Of a stretch of DNA of 64,000 nucleotides, positions 24,604 to 37,222 are shown one piece after another; positions within the stretch are counted from its first letter, which is position 1; every line of letters starts with the position of its first letter. The stretch is from positions 124,001 through 188,000 of the forward strand of contig CAXHJY010000343.1 in assembly GCA_964016885.1 (NCBI GenBank). Direction: 5' to 3'. This DNA is from Eledone cirrhosa (taxonomy: Eukaryota). Position numbers and translations under genes: made by a program. The notes beneath the pieces were generated by a model that saw only the letters and a program-made list of their open reading frames with translations, ran no database searches and was not told the origin of the DNA.

Positions 24604-26092
24604 CTAGTGACTATCAGACACAGTATATCTAGGACTACATTATCTTATGTGCAGTATAGTAGTTAGTATTAATGGCTATCAGACATGATTTATCTAGGAC
24701 CACATTATCTAATGTACAGTATAGTAGTTAGTATTAGTGGCTATCAGACATGGTTTATCTAGGACTACATTATCTAATGTACAATATAGTAGTTAGTATT
24801 AGTGACTATCAGACATAGTGTATCTAGGACTACATTATCTAATGTACAGTACAGTAGTGAGTATTAGTGGCTATCAGACATAGTGTATCTAGGACTACAT
24901 TATCTAATGTACAGTACAGTAGTTAGTATTAGTGGCTATCAGACATAGTGTATCTAGGACTACATTATCTAATGTACAGTACAGTAGTTAGTATTAGTAG
25001 CTATCAGACATAGTGTATCTAGGACTACATTATCTAATGTACAGTACAGTAGTTAGTATTAGTTGCTATCAGACAGAGTGTATCTAGGACTACATTATCT
25101 AATGTACAGTACTTAGTATTAGTGGCTATCAGACATAGTGTATCTAGGACTACATTATCTAATGTACAGTACAGTAGTTCGTATTAGCGACTATCAGACA
25201 TAGTGTATCTAGGACTACATTATCTAATGTACAGTACAGTAGTTCGTATTAGTGGCTATCAGACATAGTGTATCTAGGACTACATTATCTAATGTACAGT
25301 ACAGTAGTTCGTATTAGTGGCTTTCAGACATAATGTATCTAGGACTACATTATCTAATGTACGGTACAGTAGTTAGTGTTAGTGGCTATCATACATAGTG
25401 TATCAAGGACTACATTATCTAATGTACAGTATAATGGTTGGTATTAGTGGCTGTCAGACATAGTGTATCTGGGACTACATTATCTAATGTATAGTAGTTA
25501 GTATTACTGGCTATCATATATAGTGTGTAGGAGTACATTATCTAATGTAAAGTATAGTAGTTAGTGTTAGTGGCTATCAGACATAGTGTATCTAGGACTA
25601 CATTATCTAATGTACAGTATAGTAGTTCGTGTTAGTGGCTATCAGACATAGTATATCTAGGACTACATTATCTAATGTACAGTATAGTAGTTCGTGTTAG
25701 TGGCTATCAGACATAGTATATCTAGGACTACATTATCTAATGTACAGTACAGTAGTTAGTATTAGCGGCTATCAGACATAGTGTATCTAGGACTACATTA
25801 TATAATGTACACTATAGTAGTTAGTATTAGTCACTATCAGACATAGTATATCTAGGACTACATTATCTAATGTACAGTACAGTAGTTAGTATTAGTGGCT
25901 ATCAGACAGTGTATCAAAGACTACATTATCTAATGTACAGTACAGTAGTTAGTATTAGTGGCTATCAGACATAGTATATCTAGGACTACATTATCTAATG
26001 TACTGTATAGAAGTTAGTATTAGTGGCTATCAGACATAGTGTATCAAGGACTGCATTATCCAATGTACAGTATAGTATTTATCATTAGTGGT
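24604..26092. repeat. 65-bp minisatellite, ~23 units
   Basis: Monomer GTGGCTATCAGACATAGTGTATCTAGGACTACATTATCTAATGTACAGTACAGTAGTTAGTATTA; period of 65. Confidence 0.95.
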
Positions 26093-27464
26093 AATATTGT
26101 TATATATATTTTCACTTGTATATAATTACTGTATCGTTGAAGGGTTCACATAATTATATTATTTACATTAATATAGACATTCAGTAAATCTTTGTCAACT
26201 TACTTTTTCACATATAATCAATGTGTTGTGTTAGTTTTTATTAAACAAAGACAAATTCATTTTTATAGGACTTTCTAACATAGCTATCATCTCCTCTCCT
26301 GATGACATGTCAACACCAGTTTAACTTCCACCTTTTTATTAGTAGGAGTCAATTCTTTCTCAATATCTTTTTCTCACTTCTCTCTCCTTCTCCGGGAGGA
26401 ATCAGCTGTGTTTAGACCAGGAGTCTAATGAATCCACATGAATCCATACAATATCTGATTTCACTTGAAGTTTTATTCAGATCTCAATTGTGTTCAGACC
26501 TGGAGAGAGGAGATGGGCTCCATCAGGTTTTAAAATATGTGCAACAAAGACTGAAATCCACTAGAGTACCCCTACGACTACCCCAAAATTTACAGGTCCA
26601 TATATATATATATTTATATACATATATATCCCTTTCTCTGGAAGAAATCAAGTGTATTCAGATCTGGAAGAAGGGTGAGGTCTCCACAAGGTCTAAAATA
26701 CCCAATAAATGTTATATGTCACAAAGGTACCCCTATGATTCCACAAGGATTTCCTTTCTTTGGGACTATGTCTGGGTCAACCTGTGAAATAGGGATTGAG
26801 TAACTGTATTTCAGGGAGCTGTTTTGATATTGAAGGGACATCTGTTGGTGTAGGGTTTCGTTGGTGACATAATAAGGTTCTAATACTGTAAAGAGCTACC
26901 TGAAACACTGTCTGGTACATGTTTTGGAGACATGATCATAAAGCCATGTATAGAGAAGCAGTCAGCAAAGTTAGGATTAACTTTGACTATATTGAAGAAA
27001 TATATTTTTCCAATGTTGTTATATTTTCACTTGTATATAATTACTGGATCGTTGAAGGGTTCACATAATTCTATTATTTACACACATTAATATAGACATT
27101 AAGTAAATCTTTGTCAACTTCCCTCCTTCAGATGTAATCAATGTGTTGTGTTAATTTTTTATTAAACAACCAAAGAAATAATCTCTTGTATTTGTGAGTT
27201 CACAAAAACTAGATGGTGTCTGACAGAACACAGGAGAGATACTAAATAACAGCCTTGTCACTGAGGAGGTTATATAATGTGTGACAAAAGAGCTTTGACA
27301 AACAAATAAACTAACCAACTGGATGTTTATAATAAATGGAAGAGTAAACCAACAATTGCATGAGTTTTTATTGGCAGCATGACTCCCCCAAAATATAACA
27401 ATATCTGTTTCAACACAAGTTTTCAGATAAGAAACCCTGCTTGACAAATACAAAAACGGAGTGG

Positions 27465-27496
<32 letters not shown>

Positions 27497-27808
27497 GGAT
27501 GTACACTCACACACACATATATATATATACACATATGGACATACACTCACACACACACATATATGTATACACAAAAGACTATAGAAATTTTTCTGAGGCA
27601 AGACAATCTGTTGTAATAATCTATATGTATGATTATGTTTGTAAATAAAAACCATTAATCTGGATACCTAAATATGGAATGTTACGTGATGGGGCCCCCC
27701 ACTGCCCCGGCGGACAGGATGGAGAAGGCGTTCCCACGGAGTACGGCAAGGGATACGCACTGGAATATGGGCGTACACTCACACACATATATACACAGAC
27801 ACACACAT

Positions 27809-27974
27809 ATATATATAAGGTAAACAGAAATAACAACACAATCAGTACAGTATATGGAAGGAATACATTAGGTTAACACTTGAAATAACAGGTGCTATTT
27901 CAAGTGTTAACTTAGTATATTCCTTCCATGTACTGTACTGATTGTGTTGTTATTTCTGTTTACCTTATATATAT
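27809..27974. mobile_element. Palindromic MITE-like hairpin
   Basis: ~75-bp near-perfect arms AGGTAAACAGAAATAACAACAC... with an 8-nt loop, flanked by TA. Confidence 0.75.
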
Positions 27975-28122
27975 CAACTCTTACGTGGGCCTCTCAAATT
28001 CGTTGGATTTTCACCCTGAACCTGGATACCCACCCGGAGTTTACCTGAACTTCCACCAGGAAATATTTTCATATCACTGATATTTTCTTTGCTCCTCGCA
28101 TTATATAGAGTTACCTCCCTTT

Positions 28123-28250
28123 ATGATCTGAGTTCAAATCCTGCCGAGGTTAACTTTGCCTTTCATCCTTACGGGGGTCGATAAAATAATGTACCAGTAA
28201 TGTACTGGGATAATTGCTGGCCTTGTGCCAAAAGTAGAAACAATTATATC
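28123..28250 (+). mobile_element. 5'-truncated copy of a second SINE family
   Basis: GAGTTCAAATCCTGCCGAGG...GCCTTTCATCCTTACGGGGGTCGATAAAATAA; another truncated copy at ~49410-49560. Confidence 0.75.
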
Positions 28251-28691
28251 TATCTATCCAAGAGCTGAACTGAGGGTCTGGTGTGTGAAGGGTTTGGTGT
28301 GGCCAACTGGCCTGTCCCTCTTCATAGTGGTATCACTGGTCCCTTTGTATGGTGGTGCCATCCAACACCAGACTCCCAAACTGTGGTACGACATCTGTCC
28401 CTCCTCATAGAGATGTTATTCAGTACCGGGCCCCCAAACTGTGGTAATGTTGTGTGTTGGGTTTGGCCACCCCTCATCACGGTGCCACACCGTACCAGGC
28501 CCCCAAACTGCGGCTACACTGTGAGATAGGTTAGGCTCTGAAAACGTGGTTCCCTTGTGAGACAGGTTCGGCGGGGCCAAATGTACAGTCCTCACTCTAG
28601 TGAGGACTGTACATTTGGAGGGTATTTTACACAGGTCCAACCCTGGCCAGACCTGCAAGCATGGAAAAATTGACATTAAATGAAAATGATG

Positions 28692-28730
<39 letters not shown>

Positions 28731-28859
28731 TTATATATTTATTTATTTATTTATATATATACATTCACACGAAACAATTATACATACACAAACATATTTA
28801 GATAGATGTATCCACATATATTCCTATACCTAGGTGTGTATATGTATATATATAACTCT

Positions 28860-31800
28860 TATTAATGGTCAGACCTGCTCGCTCTCCTAGAAATGTAATG
28901 TAAAATGCCATTTTTTCTTGTCCCTCCATCCTCTCGGTCCATTCATTCATATATCCGTATCATCGCCCAGAATCCAATCTTTTGCTCTTTCTCAATGCTA
29001 TTCTATAATTCTGTCTGGTTGTTCTAAATAATCTTCTTGTATTTTAAAATCCCATTATTCGCTTATTACTGTTATATGCTTGTCCAATTATGCCCAAAAT
29101 TCGAGGATTTTATTTAAACCCTCTCGCTAACTACCCCATACCCCTCCCAACCGCCCCCACTCGCCACCATTATTATTTGGATCAATCATAAGTCAGCGGC
29201 CTATGCTATCACTTCTCCTGGTTCCTTTTCGATATGATGGATGGACTAAGGAATTCTGGAGAGTCTGAAAAATCTGGACACTCAGTGACAATGCCAAAGA
29301 TAAAGACAAATTCACCTCATGCTGCCAGACGAAAAGGCAAGGACCGCTCCTCTTTGTTTCAGCCGCAGATGTCAACATAACCCCAACCACATTCACCTCA
29401 CCCCTCCCGGCACCCCACCGTTTCCACCCACCAAACGCAATCCAAAACTTCAGAGTTGGTACCATGAATGTAGGGACCTTAAAAGGCCGCTCTAACGAGG
29501 TTGTAGAAATGCTTGAACGTAAGGAGGTTGATGTTTGCTGTATCCAAGAGACCAGGTGGAGGGGCGGGTCTGCTAGATTCATTGTGGGTAAAATACGATG
29601 CTATAAGCTTTTCTGGGTGGGAAATGACAATGGGCTGGGTGGGGTAGGAATCATGTTAGCAGAAAAATGGGTAGATAAGATTTTAGACGTAAATAGAGTG
29701 AACGACAGAATAATTAAAATAAGACATGTCCTAAATAGAACTACTGTGACAGTAATATCTGCATATGCACCCCAATCCGGACTACCCGGCGCTATAAAAG
29801 ACAGATTCTATGAGACACTGATGCTCACTACCTCCCAAATAACCGACAGTGACTACATAATCATTGCTGGCGACCTAAATGGTCACGTTGGACAACATTG
29901 TGACGGCTATGACAGAATCCATGGAGGCTATGGGTTTGGTACTAGAAATGAGGAAGGCTCCAGAATCCTGGAATTCTGTGACCCAAATAACCTAACTATC
30001 TGTAACACTAACTTCAAAAAACGAGACAATCACTTGATCACCTATAGATCAGGGGAACACGCCAGTCAGATAGATTATATCCTTACCAGAAGACGTGATA
30101 GAGTGTCTGTTGTAAACTCTAAATCCCTCCCCCATGAAGAATGCACCTTTCAACATAAACTCATAATTAGCGACCTCATAGTCAGGACGAGACGTATTCG
30201 ACAACAGAAGAGGACTATCCTCAGGAGAAAAATATGGAAATTAAAGGACCCCACAGCCAGTCATAAATATAAAAGCATACTACTTGATGCTTTCGACAGT
30301 AAGGAAGAGCAATTAGAGTCGTACAATATAGAGGAACAGTGGGAATTCCTGAAAGCTAACCTGCTGAAGGTGGCAGATGAAGTATGTGGCTGGAGCAGGC
30401 TTATAGGCAGGAGGAGAGTAACGTGGTGGTGGAACAGTAAGGTGGAGGAGTCAATTAAGGCCAAAAAGTAGGCTTCGAAAGTATAGCGGGATGGGGGGAA
30501 GTAGAGAAGACAATCAAGTGGCCAGGAGGGAAGCTAGGAAACAAGTGTACTTTGCAAGAAGGGAAGCAGAGGAAAGAAGGTTCAAGCATGTTCTACAACG
30601 CGAGGAACAAAAACGTGAGGTGTTCAGGATTGCTAGGCAATGTGTCAAGGAAAACAGTGATATTGTCGGGGAGAAGTGTGTCCTTAATGATGATGGTGTA
30701 CTTGCCATCACTGACGCTGATAAGAAGGTAGCTTGGAAGTGCCACTACGAAAGGCTACTAAATGAGGAGAATAAATGGGAGAAAGACAGTCTCCCCCACA
30801 TCGACCCAATAGAGGGACCAGCAGTGTTAGTCGAAGATAGTATAATAAGTAAGGCAATCAAAGATATGAAGACGGGTAAGGCGGCTGGGCCTTCGGAAAT
30901 AGTTGCTGAAATGCTGAAAGCTTCTGGAACGGTGGGACACATCATGGTCACCCGGATAGTAAACCAAGTCATACAGAATGGGGTTGTTCCGAAGCACTGG
31001 CGTAGCAGCATCATCATTAACTGCTACAAGGGTAAAGGAGATGCCCTAGATAGGAGTAACTATAGAGGCATTAAATTAATCGACAAGGTCATGAAGGTCA
31101 CAGAAAGAGTTATAGCGCAACTAATCAGAGAGAGAATTGATCTAGATGAAATGCAGTTCGGGTTTGTGTCAGGTAAAAGTACCACAGACGCTCTTTTCAT
31201 TGTACGACAACTACAGGAGAAGTACCTAACTAAAATTAAACGCCTATACTTAGCTTTTGTCGACTCGGAGAAAGCCTTCGACAGAGTCCCCCGTTCCATT
31301 ATCTGGTGGGCTCTTAGAAAACTAGGTGTTGACGAATGGCGTGTGAGAGCTATACAAGCTATGTATAAAGAAACAGTCAGCAAGGTTCGAAGTAACAACG
31401 AATATAGTGAAGAGTTTAGCGTAAAAGTTGGTGTTCATCAGGGCTCCGTTCTTAGCCCCCTACTATTTATTATTGCCCTTCAGGCTATAACAGTGGAGTT
31501 CAAGACCGGCTGCCCATGGGAACTCCTATGCGCAGATGATCTAACGCTCATAGCTAAATCAATGGCCGAACTAGAGAAGAAATTCCAAACATGGAAGCAT
31601 GGCCTAGAATCAAAAGGCCTTAAAATTAACCTGTCTAAGACTAAAGTTCTAGTTTGTAGGAAGGAAAATAGGGCGCCGGTCCCATCCGGGAAATGACCAT
31701 GTTCAGTGTGAAGGAAAAGAGTAGGTAGAAACTCCATGTTATGTCCCAAATGCAATGTTAGCATAAAAGATGTAGTGGGATCACAGGTAAGCTAACTAAG

Positions 31801-32860
31801 AACATAGAATTTATATGTGGCCAGTGCTCTGGTGCAATAAGTAGCAGCAAGTGCCCAGAGAATACTAGCTCATTCCATTGCACAGATGGTTCTATAGAAA
31901 TAGTGGACAGCTTCCATTACCTGGGTGACAAAATCAGCAGTGGGGGAGGGTGCTCTGAAAGTACAGTAGCTAGAGTCAGAACTGGATGGAAAAAGTTAAG
32001 AGAGCTTATACCACTATTAGCTGCTAAAGGGTTCTCCCTAAAAATGAAAGGCAGGCTGTATGATGCCTGCATACGAACAGCAATGTTACATGGCAGTGAG
32101 ACCTGGGCATTGTGTGCAGAGGTTGTATGCAGACTGGAGAGGAACGAAGCTTGCATGCTCCACTGGATGTGTAATAGTAATATACGTGAACGCCAAAGCA
32201 TAAACGAAGTAAGGGAAAAATTAGAAATAAGAGGGATCAGATGTTTACTTGAGAGAAGACTACGTTGGTATGGTCACGTGATGCGCATGAAAGACGACAG
32301 CTGTATAAAAAAGTGCAGGGCAATAAAAATAGACGGTAGCCTCGGAGTCGGCAGACCCAGAAAAACCTGGGACGACTTGATAAATTCCGACCTCACACAC
32401 TTAAACCTCTCCAAGTCAATGTCAGTGGACCGAGATCTTTGGCGCTACACAGTAATAGAGAAGACCCGCCTTACCTAAGTACAAAGTGAAACCTACTACA
32501 GTCAGTAGGCACCTCTAACAAAATACACCCCCATCCCACTACCCCCACCCCCATCCACACCGCCCCTTTCAATGTAAAGTTATGTTGGTACCACAACATC
32601 CAGCCCGAAACAAATGAGGTCGTGTAGGTGTCACGACAAAAAAACACAGTCCACGTTGTAATGTGGCCGTGTAGGTTACACGGTAAAAACCTCCCAGTTC
32701 CACACTGTAAATCTGGTTGGGGGTTAGGAAGGGCATCCAGCCGTAAAAAACGCGCCAGACAGTCCTTTGCGAGCAAGACAACCACTCTTGCCTCAAGTGG
32801 GAAAACTCCTGTCCAAACCCATGCGAGCGTTGAATATGGACGTTAAATGATGATGATGAT
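28860..32860 (+). mobile_element. Near full-length RTE-clade LINE, disabled
   Basis: APE endonuclease followed by RT and C-terminus, 3' UTR and (TGA)n tail abutting (TA)n; the 5' boundary is approximate. Confidence 0.93.
29464..32478 (+). pseudogene. RTE polyprotein (APE endonuclease + reverse transcriptase) broken by stops and frameshifts
   Basis: APE motifs NVGTL, IQETRW, AYAPQ, GDLNGH, QIDYIL; RT motifs QFGF, KAFDRV, GVHQGSVLSP, CADD in place of YADD; stops at 30469, 30484, 31694 and 31709; frameshifts near 30495 and 31760. Confidence 0.93.
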
Positions 32861-32932
32861 ATATATATATATATATATATATATTATGAAAATAAACCAA
32901 AGAAGCCTTCAATACATCAAAAGTCTTTATTA

Positions 32933-32970
32933 GCCAACAATGTTTCATCCTATTAAGGACTCATCAGGGC
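32933..32970 (-). ncRNA. Minimal hammerhead ribozyme motif (Penelope-like), probably decayed
   Basis: Minus strand GCC-CTGATGA-GTCC-TTAATA-GGAT-GAAA-C-ATT-G-TT-GGC followed by TAATAAA. Confidence 0.6.
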
Positions 32971-35175
32971 AGTTAAAGCTACAAGAAGCACTATCAGCCA
33001 ATACAAGCCGAAAACTCAGAAGAATATGGAGTGTACATAGATTAAAGCATGGGAAAATAAAAAATAAAAATTATCAAGTGAAAAATTGCTAAGGAAGTAA
33101 GTAACATTTTGAACCATATTACAAATATAGTCCAAAGTAGAAACTAGAGCTAAAACAGAGGTGGTGATATAGAGCGGGTATTATTGTACTATATATAATA
33201 TAATATAATATATATATATATGAATAAAATTAGTCCTTCATCAGTGATCTTCCAGCCTTCATTGGTATTTCATCACTTTAAAGACCATATACCTCTGGTT
33301 GGTGCGAGCAACGGCTAAAGAAAGTCGTTGGGACACGTAAATAGGGGGAAGGAGCGAGACAGTAAACAAACAAAGATGGTAATGCAACGAAAAGTGAGGA
33401 AGAAGGAGTCAAGTCCCTGAAATTGATGAACATAAGTTCTGTGAAATCGTAAACGAGAGAATAAAGATCATCCGACCTGGTCGAAATGTGAGCGAGGAAA
33501 GAGTCTTGCACAGGTCAAATGGGAGGAAGTGATGGAGAGGGAATAGCAGAGAATATATATATATATATATACATATATCTCAAGGGCAGTGCCCCAGCAT
33601 GGCCTCAGCCTGATGGCTGGAACAGGTATAAGAATTAAAGAATATAATATATATGTGTATATTCATATATTGTATTTATCCCCATCACAATTTAAACTCC
33701 ATTTTACATGCTAGCATGGGTCAGACAAGTTGTCCTATTGTGTGAAAACTTAGATCAAATAACCCTGCCTTGCTCATGCAAGAACCATTTCTGGTTTGTT
33801 TCTATGGCTGGATGCCCTTCCTAACTCCAACCACATTTACAGGGTGGACTTGGTATTTATTGTTGTGTTGCTAACATGTCCAACTTACAGGGTGGACTGG
33901 GTGCTTTTTGTCATCATCATGACAACCACCAGCTAAGAAAGCAGACTTGGTGCTCTTTGTCATGTCACCAATTTGACCACTTTGAAGGGTGGTTCGGGTG
34001 CCTTCAGTCTTAGCACTAGCATGACCACTTTACAGGGTGGGCTAGAGGCCTCTTGTCATGTCTACATCACTGGGTGAACTGGGTGCTTATTTCTCATGTC
34101 ACCAGCATGACTACCTTGCAGGGAGGGTTAGGTGCTCTTTTGTCATATTACCTAACAGAGAGGACTCGGTGCTCTTTTGTCATGACACTTGCATGACCAC
34201 CTTACAGGGTTGCCTGAGGGTTTAGCCATTTAAGCAGCATTGGGGGAGAGCATGTTAAGCTTTCCATACTTGTATACATGGGTTGGTCAAGAGAGGTGAA
34301 TCAGATGTGGAAGTGGGGGTGGGGTTGTGTGTATGTAGGGTGGAGATTGGTGAGGTAGGTCAGGGTGGAGTACTTAGCTGGTAAAGGGGTGGAGTGTTAA
34401 GATGTGGAGAGGAGGAAAATTGGACCATACTTCAAACCACTTAATGTTGCTTCATCCCGTGGACATGGGAATGCAGGTCTCCTGCAGTACTGTATAACGC
34501 CAGAGATTTCAATCCTGTGTCATCACCTTTGAGAGGTACAATGGTGTCAGGTCAGTTTTTACCTCCTCATCCCAAGCTTTCCTAGGTCTTCCTCTTCCAT
34601 CAATTTCAAGCGGTCAACCTTTTATACAGCATCTCTACCTTCATACACATCACATGTCCATACCACAGCACTCTCCTCTCCTGCATACTGTATCTTATCC
34701 CTCTCATGCCCAGGTTCTCTCTCAGATTATTTACACGTTGTTCTTCATGTATATTAGTATTACACATCCATCGGAGATTCAAGCTTCATTTCTATCCAAT
34801 CTTCGGAGGTCCTCTGCACACACCGTCCAGATCTTACTGCAATGCAGCATTGCTGTTCATATGCAGACATCAATTTGATGAAACAACCTTTTGTAGCTAG
34901 CAGCAGTAGTAGCACCCTAAACCTCTGCCATCTTGTTCAACTCTGGTTACTGTACTTTCAGAACACCTACCTCCACTGCTTATTTGGTCCCCCTGGTAAG
35001 AGAAACTGTCAACTGTTTCTATGGAACCCTTTAAATATTTGATAGAGCTTATCACCCAAAAGTGATTGTGTCTCACTGCTCCAGTGCAGTGACCCCATGT
35101 AAAACCTACATTCTTAGCTAACTCACCTTGTATCCCACTAAATCTCTGGTGTACCCATAGTCTCTTTAGTGTAAA

Positions 35176-35560
35176 TAATTGTTTCTACTTTTGGCACAAG
35201 GCCAGCAATTACCTAGTACATTACTGGTACTTTATTTTATCGACCCCGTAAGGATGAAAGGCAAAGTTAACCTCGGCGGGATTTAACTCAGATCATAAAG
35301 AGCCATAACTATGCTAGAAAGCATGGCTTCTGAACCTCTACCGATACTGCCAATTCACCACCCTTTAGTGTAAATAATTGTTTCTACTTTAGGCACAAGG
35401 CCAGCAATTACCTAGTGCATTACTGGTACTTTATTTTATCGACCCCGTAAGGATGAAAGGCAAAGTCAACCTCGGCGGGATTTGAACTCAGATCGTAAAG
35501 GGACGTAACTATACTGGAAAGAATGGCGTCCGACCCTCTACCGATACTGCCAATCCACCC
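35176..35560 (-). mobile_element. Tandem dimer of second-family SINE
   Basis: Two units separated and flanked by CTTTAGTGTAAATAAT; one unit only at ~51885-52040 in C. Confidence 0.85.
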
Positions 35561-36759
35561 TTTAGTGTAAATAATGTTTCATACACAGAACATGTATGTG
35601 TGACCATTGGTTTCTGAGTCCACTTATGGCTACCACTGTTTAATGGGGAGGAGGCACTTCCAAACAGACCCTTCCTTAGGCATGCTGACAAATATATTAA
35701 AAGGAAGTTCTTTCCTCCAACAATTTTCACCCAAAACAGAGGAGAGTTTCATTTTGTCAAAAAGGGAGGTAAATCCTTAGTGGTGGAATTGTCAGGCTTA
35801 ATTATATATGTAATTAGACACACATAGAAGTGGTTGATTGCTTTTACAATCTAGGTGACTTAATTAGCAGTGGAGGAGGCTGCTCTGAAAGATGAATAGC
35901 TAGAATAAGGATAGGATGGAAAAAGTTTAGAGAGCTACTGCAACAGTTGACCACAAAAGGTTTCTCTCTCTGTACAAAAGGACAACAGTATGACACATGT
36001 GGGTGATGTGCAATGATGCATGGTAACGAAACAAGGGCTGTGACTGCAGAGGATATGTAGACTGGAGAGAAATGCAACAACCATGTTTTGTAGGATATGT
36101 TGTGTAAGTGTGAGAAAAAGGGAGAGCTTGGACAAGTTCAAGAAGAAGCTGGGTTTAAGAGTGAGCTGAAGTGGTGTGTAAGAGAGAAGACTGTATACGG
36201 ACATGGGATGAACATGGATAATAACCACTGGGTGATGAAGTGCCAGGAAATCCCTGTAGAAGGAAGCCATAGTAGAGGTAGACAAAGAAAGACAGAGGAG
36301 ATGACAAAGGAACACAACAAGTTGAAAGATGCCGTGCTGAGAAGGACCTGTACAATCAAAGGAAGAATGGAAAAACGGACATAAAAACAGTGATGATGTA
36401 GATGAAGATGACGTACATATACACGCATATATAATCAAATACTTATATACAAACACAGATAAATCAAATACAGATATACACATACTTATATACAAACACA
36501 GATACGAACATATACATAGACACAAATTTCTACACACATACATTCACATATATATAGCGTATGTAAATTCTGAACAATACAGTTTTGTCAGCACAAGTCT
36601 TGGTTACAACTTCTACAAATAAAATGAAAGGAGAATAATTTCTTAGTAAAACAGTTTTATTCAAAATATTAACAACATTGGTGGCATTCTTTTAGGTGAA
36701 TGACATGGTTTTTATCTTGTCTAATTGTGTTGCATTAAGTAATCTTTAGAAGATAATTA

Positions 36760-37095
36760 CTTACCACAGACATCACGGTGATATAGTTCCTCTCCTGTAG
36801 ATGTTAGTGTGTAGTGAAGTCACAGAATTTAGAGAAGCATTTACCACAGACATCACAGTGATATGGTTCCTCTCCTGCATATGTTAGTGTCTAGTGAAGC
36901 GACAATATTTAGAGAATGATTTATCACAGACATCACAGCGATATGGTTCCTCTCCTGTATATGTTAGTGTGTAGTGAAGCCACAATATTTAGACAATGAA
37001 TTATCACAGACATCACAGTGATATGGTTCCTCTCCTGTATGTATATTTAGAGAATGATTTACCAAATATATCAAAGTGATATGGCTTCCCAGCTG
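36760..37095 (-). pseudogene. Degenerate 80-bp zinc-finger repeats downstream of ZNF B
   Basis: Units at 36761, 36841, 36921 and 37001. Confidence 0.8.
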
Positions 37096-37222
37096 TATGT
37101 ATGTGTGTGTGTGTAGTTAATGTAACATTCAAAGAGAAAGATTTCCCTCAGATGTCACAATGATATGTATTTCTCATTAATTCACAAATTTGAGGGAATG
37201 ATTTATTTTTTATGTCAATGCC

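Noticed and set aside
29464-32478. Active autonomous LINE
   Set aside because: At least four stops, two frameshifts and YADD changed to CADD.
33225-33250. Third hammerhead (minus-strand CTGATGAAGGAC)
   Set aside because: No closing stem II or GAAA at a suitable distance.
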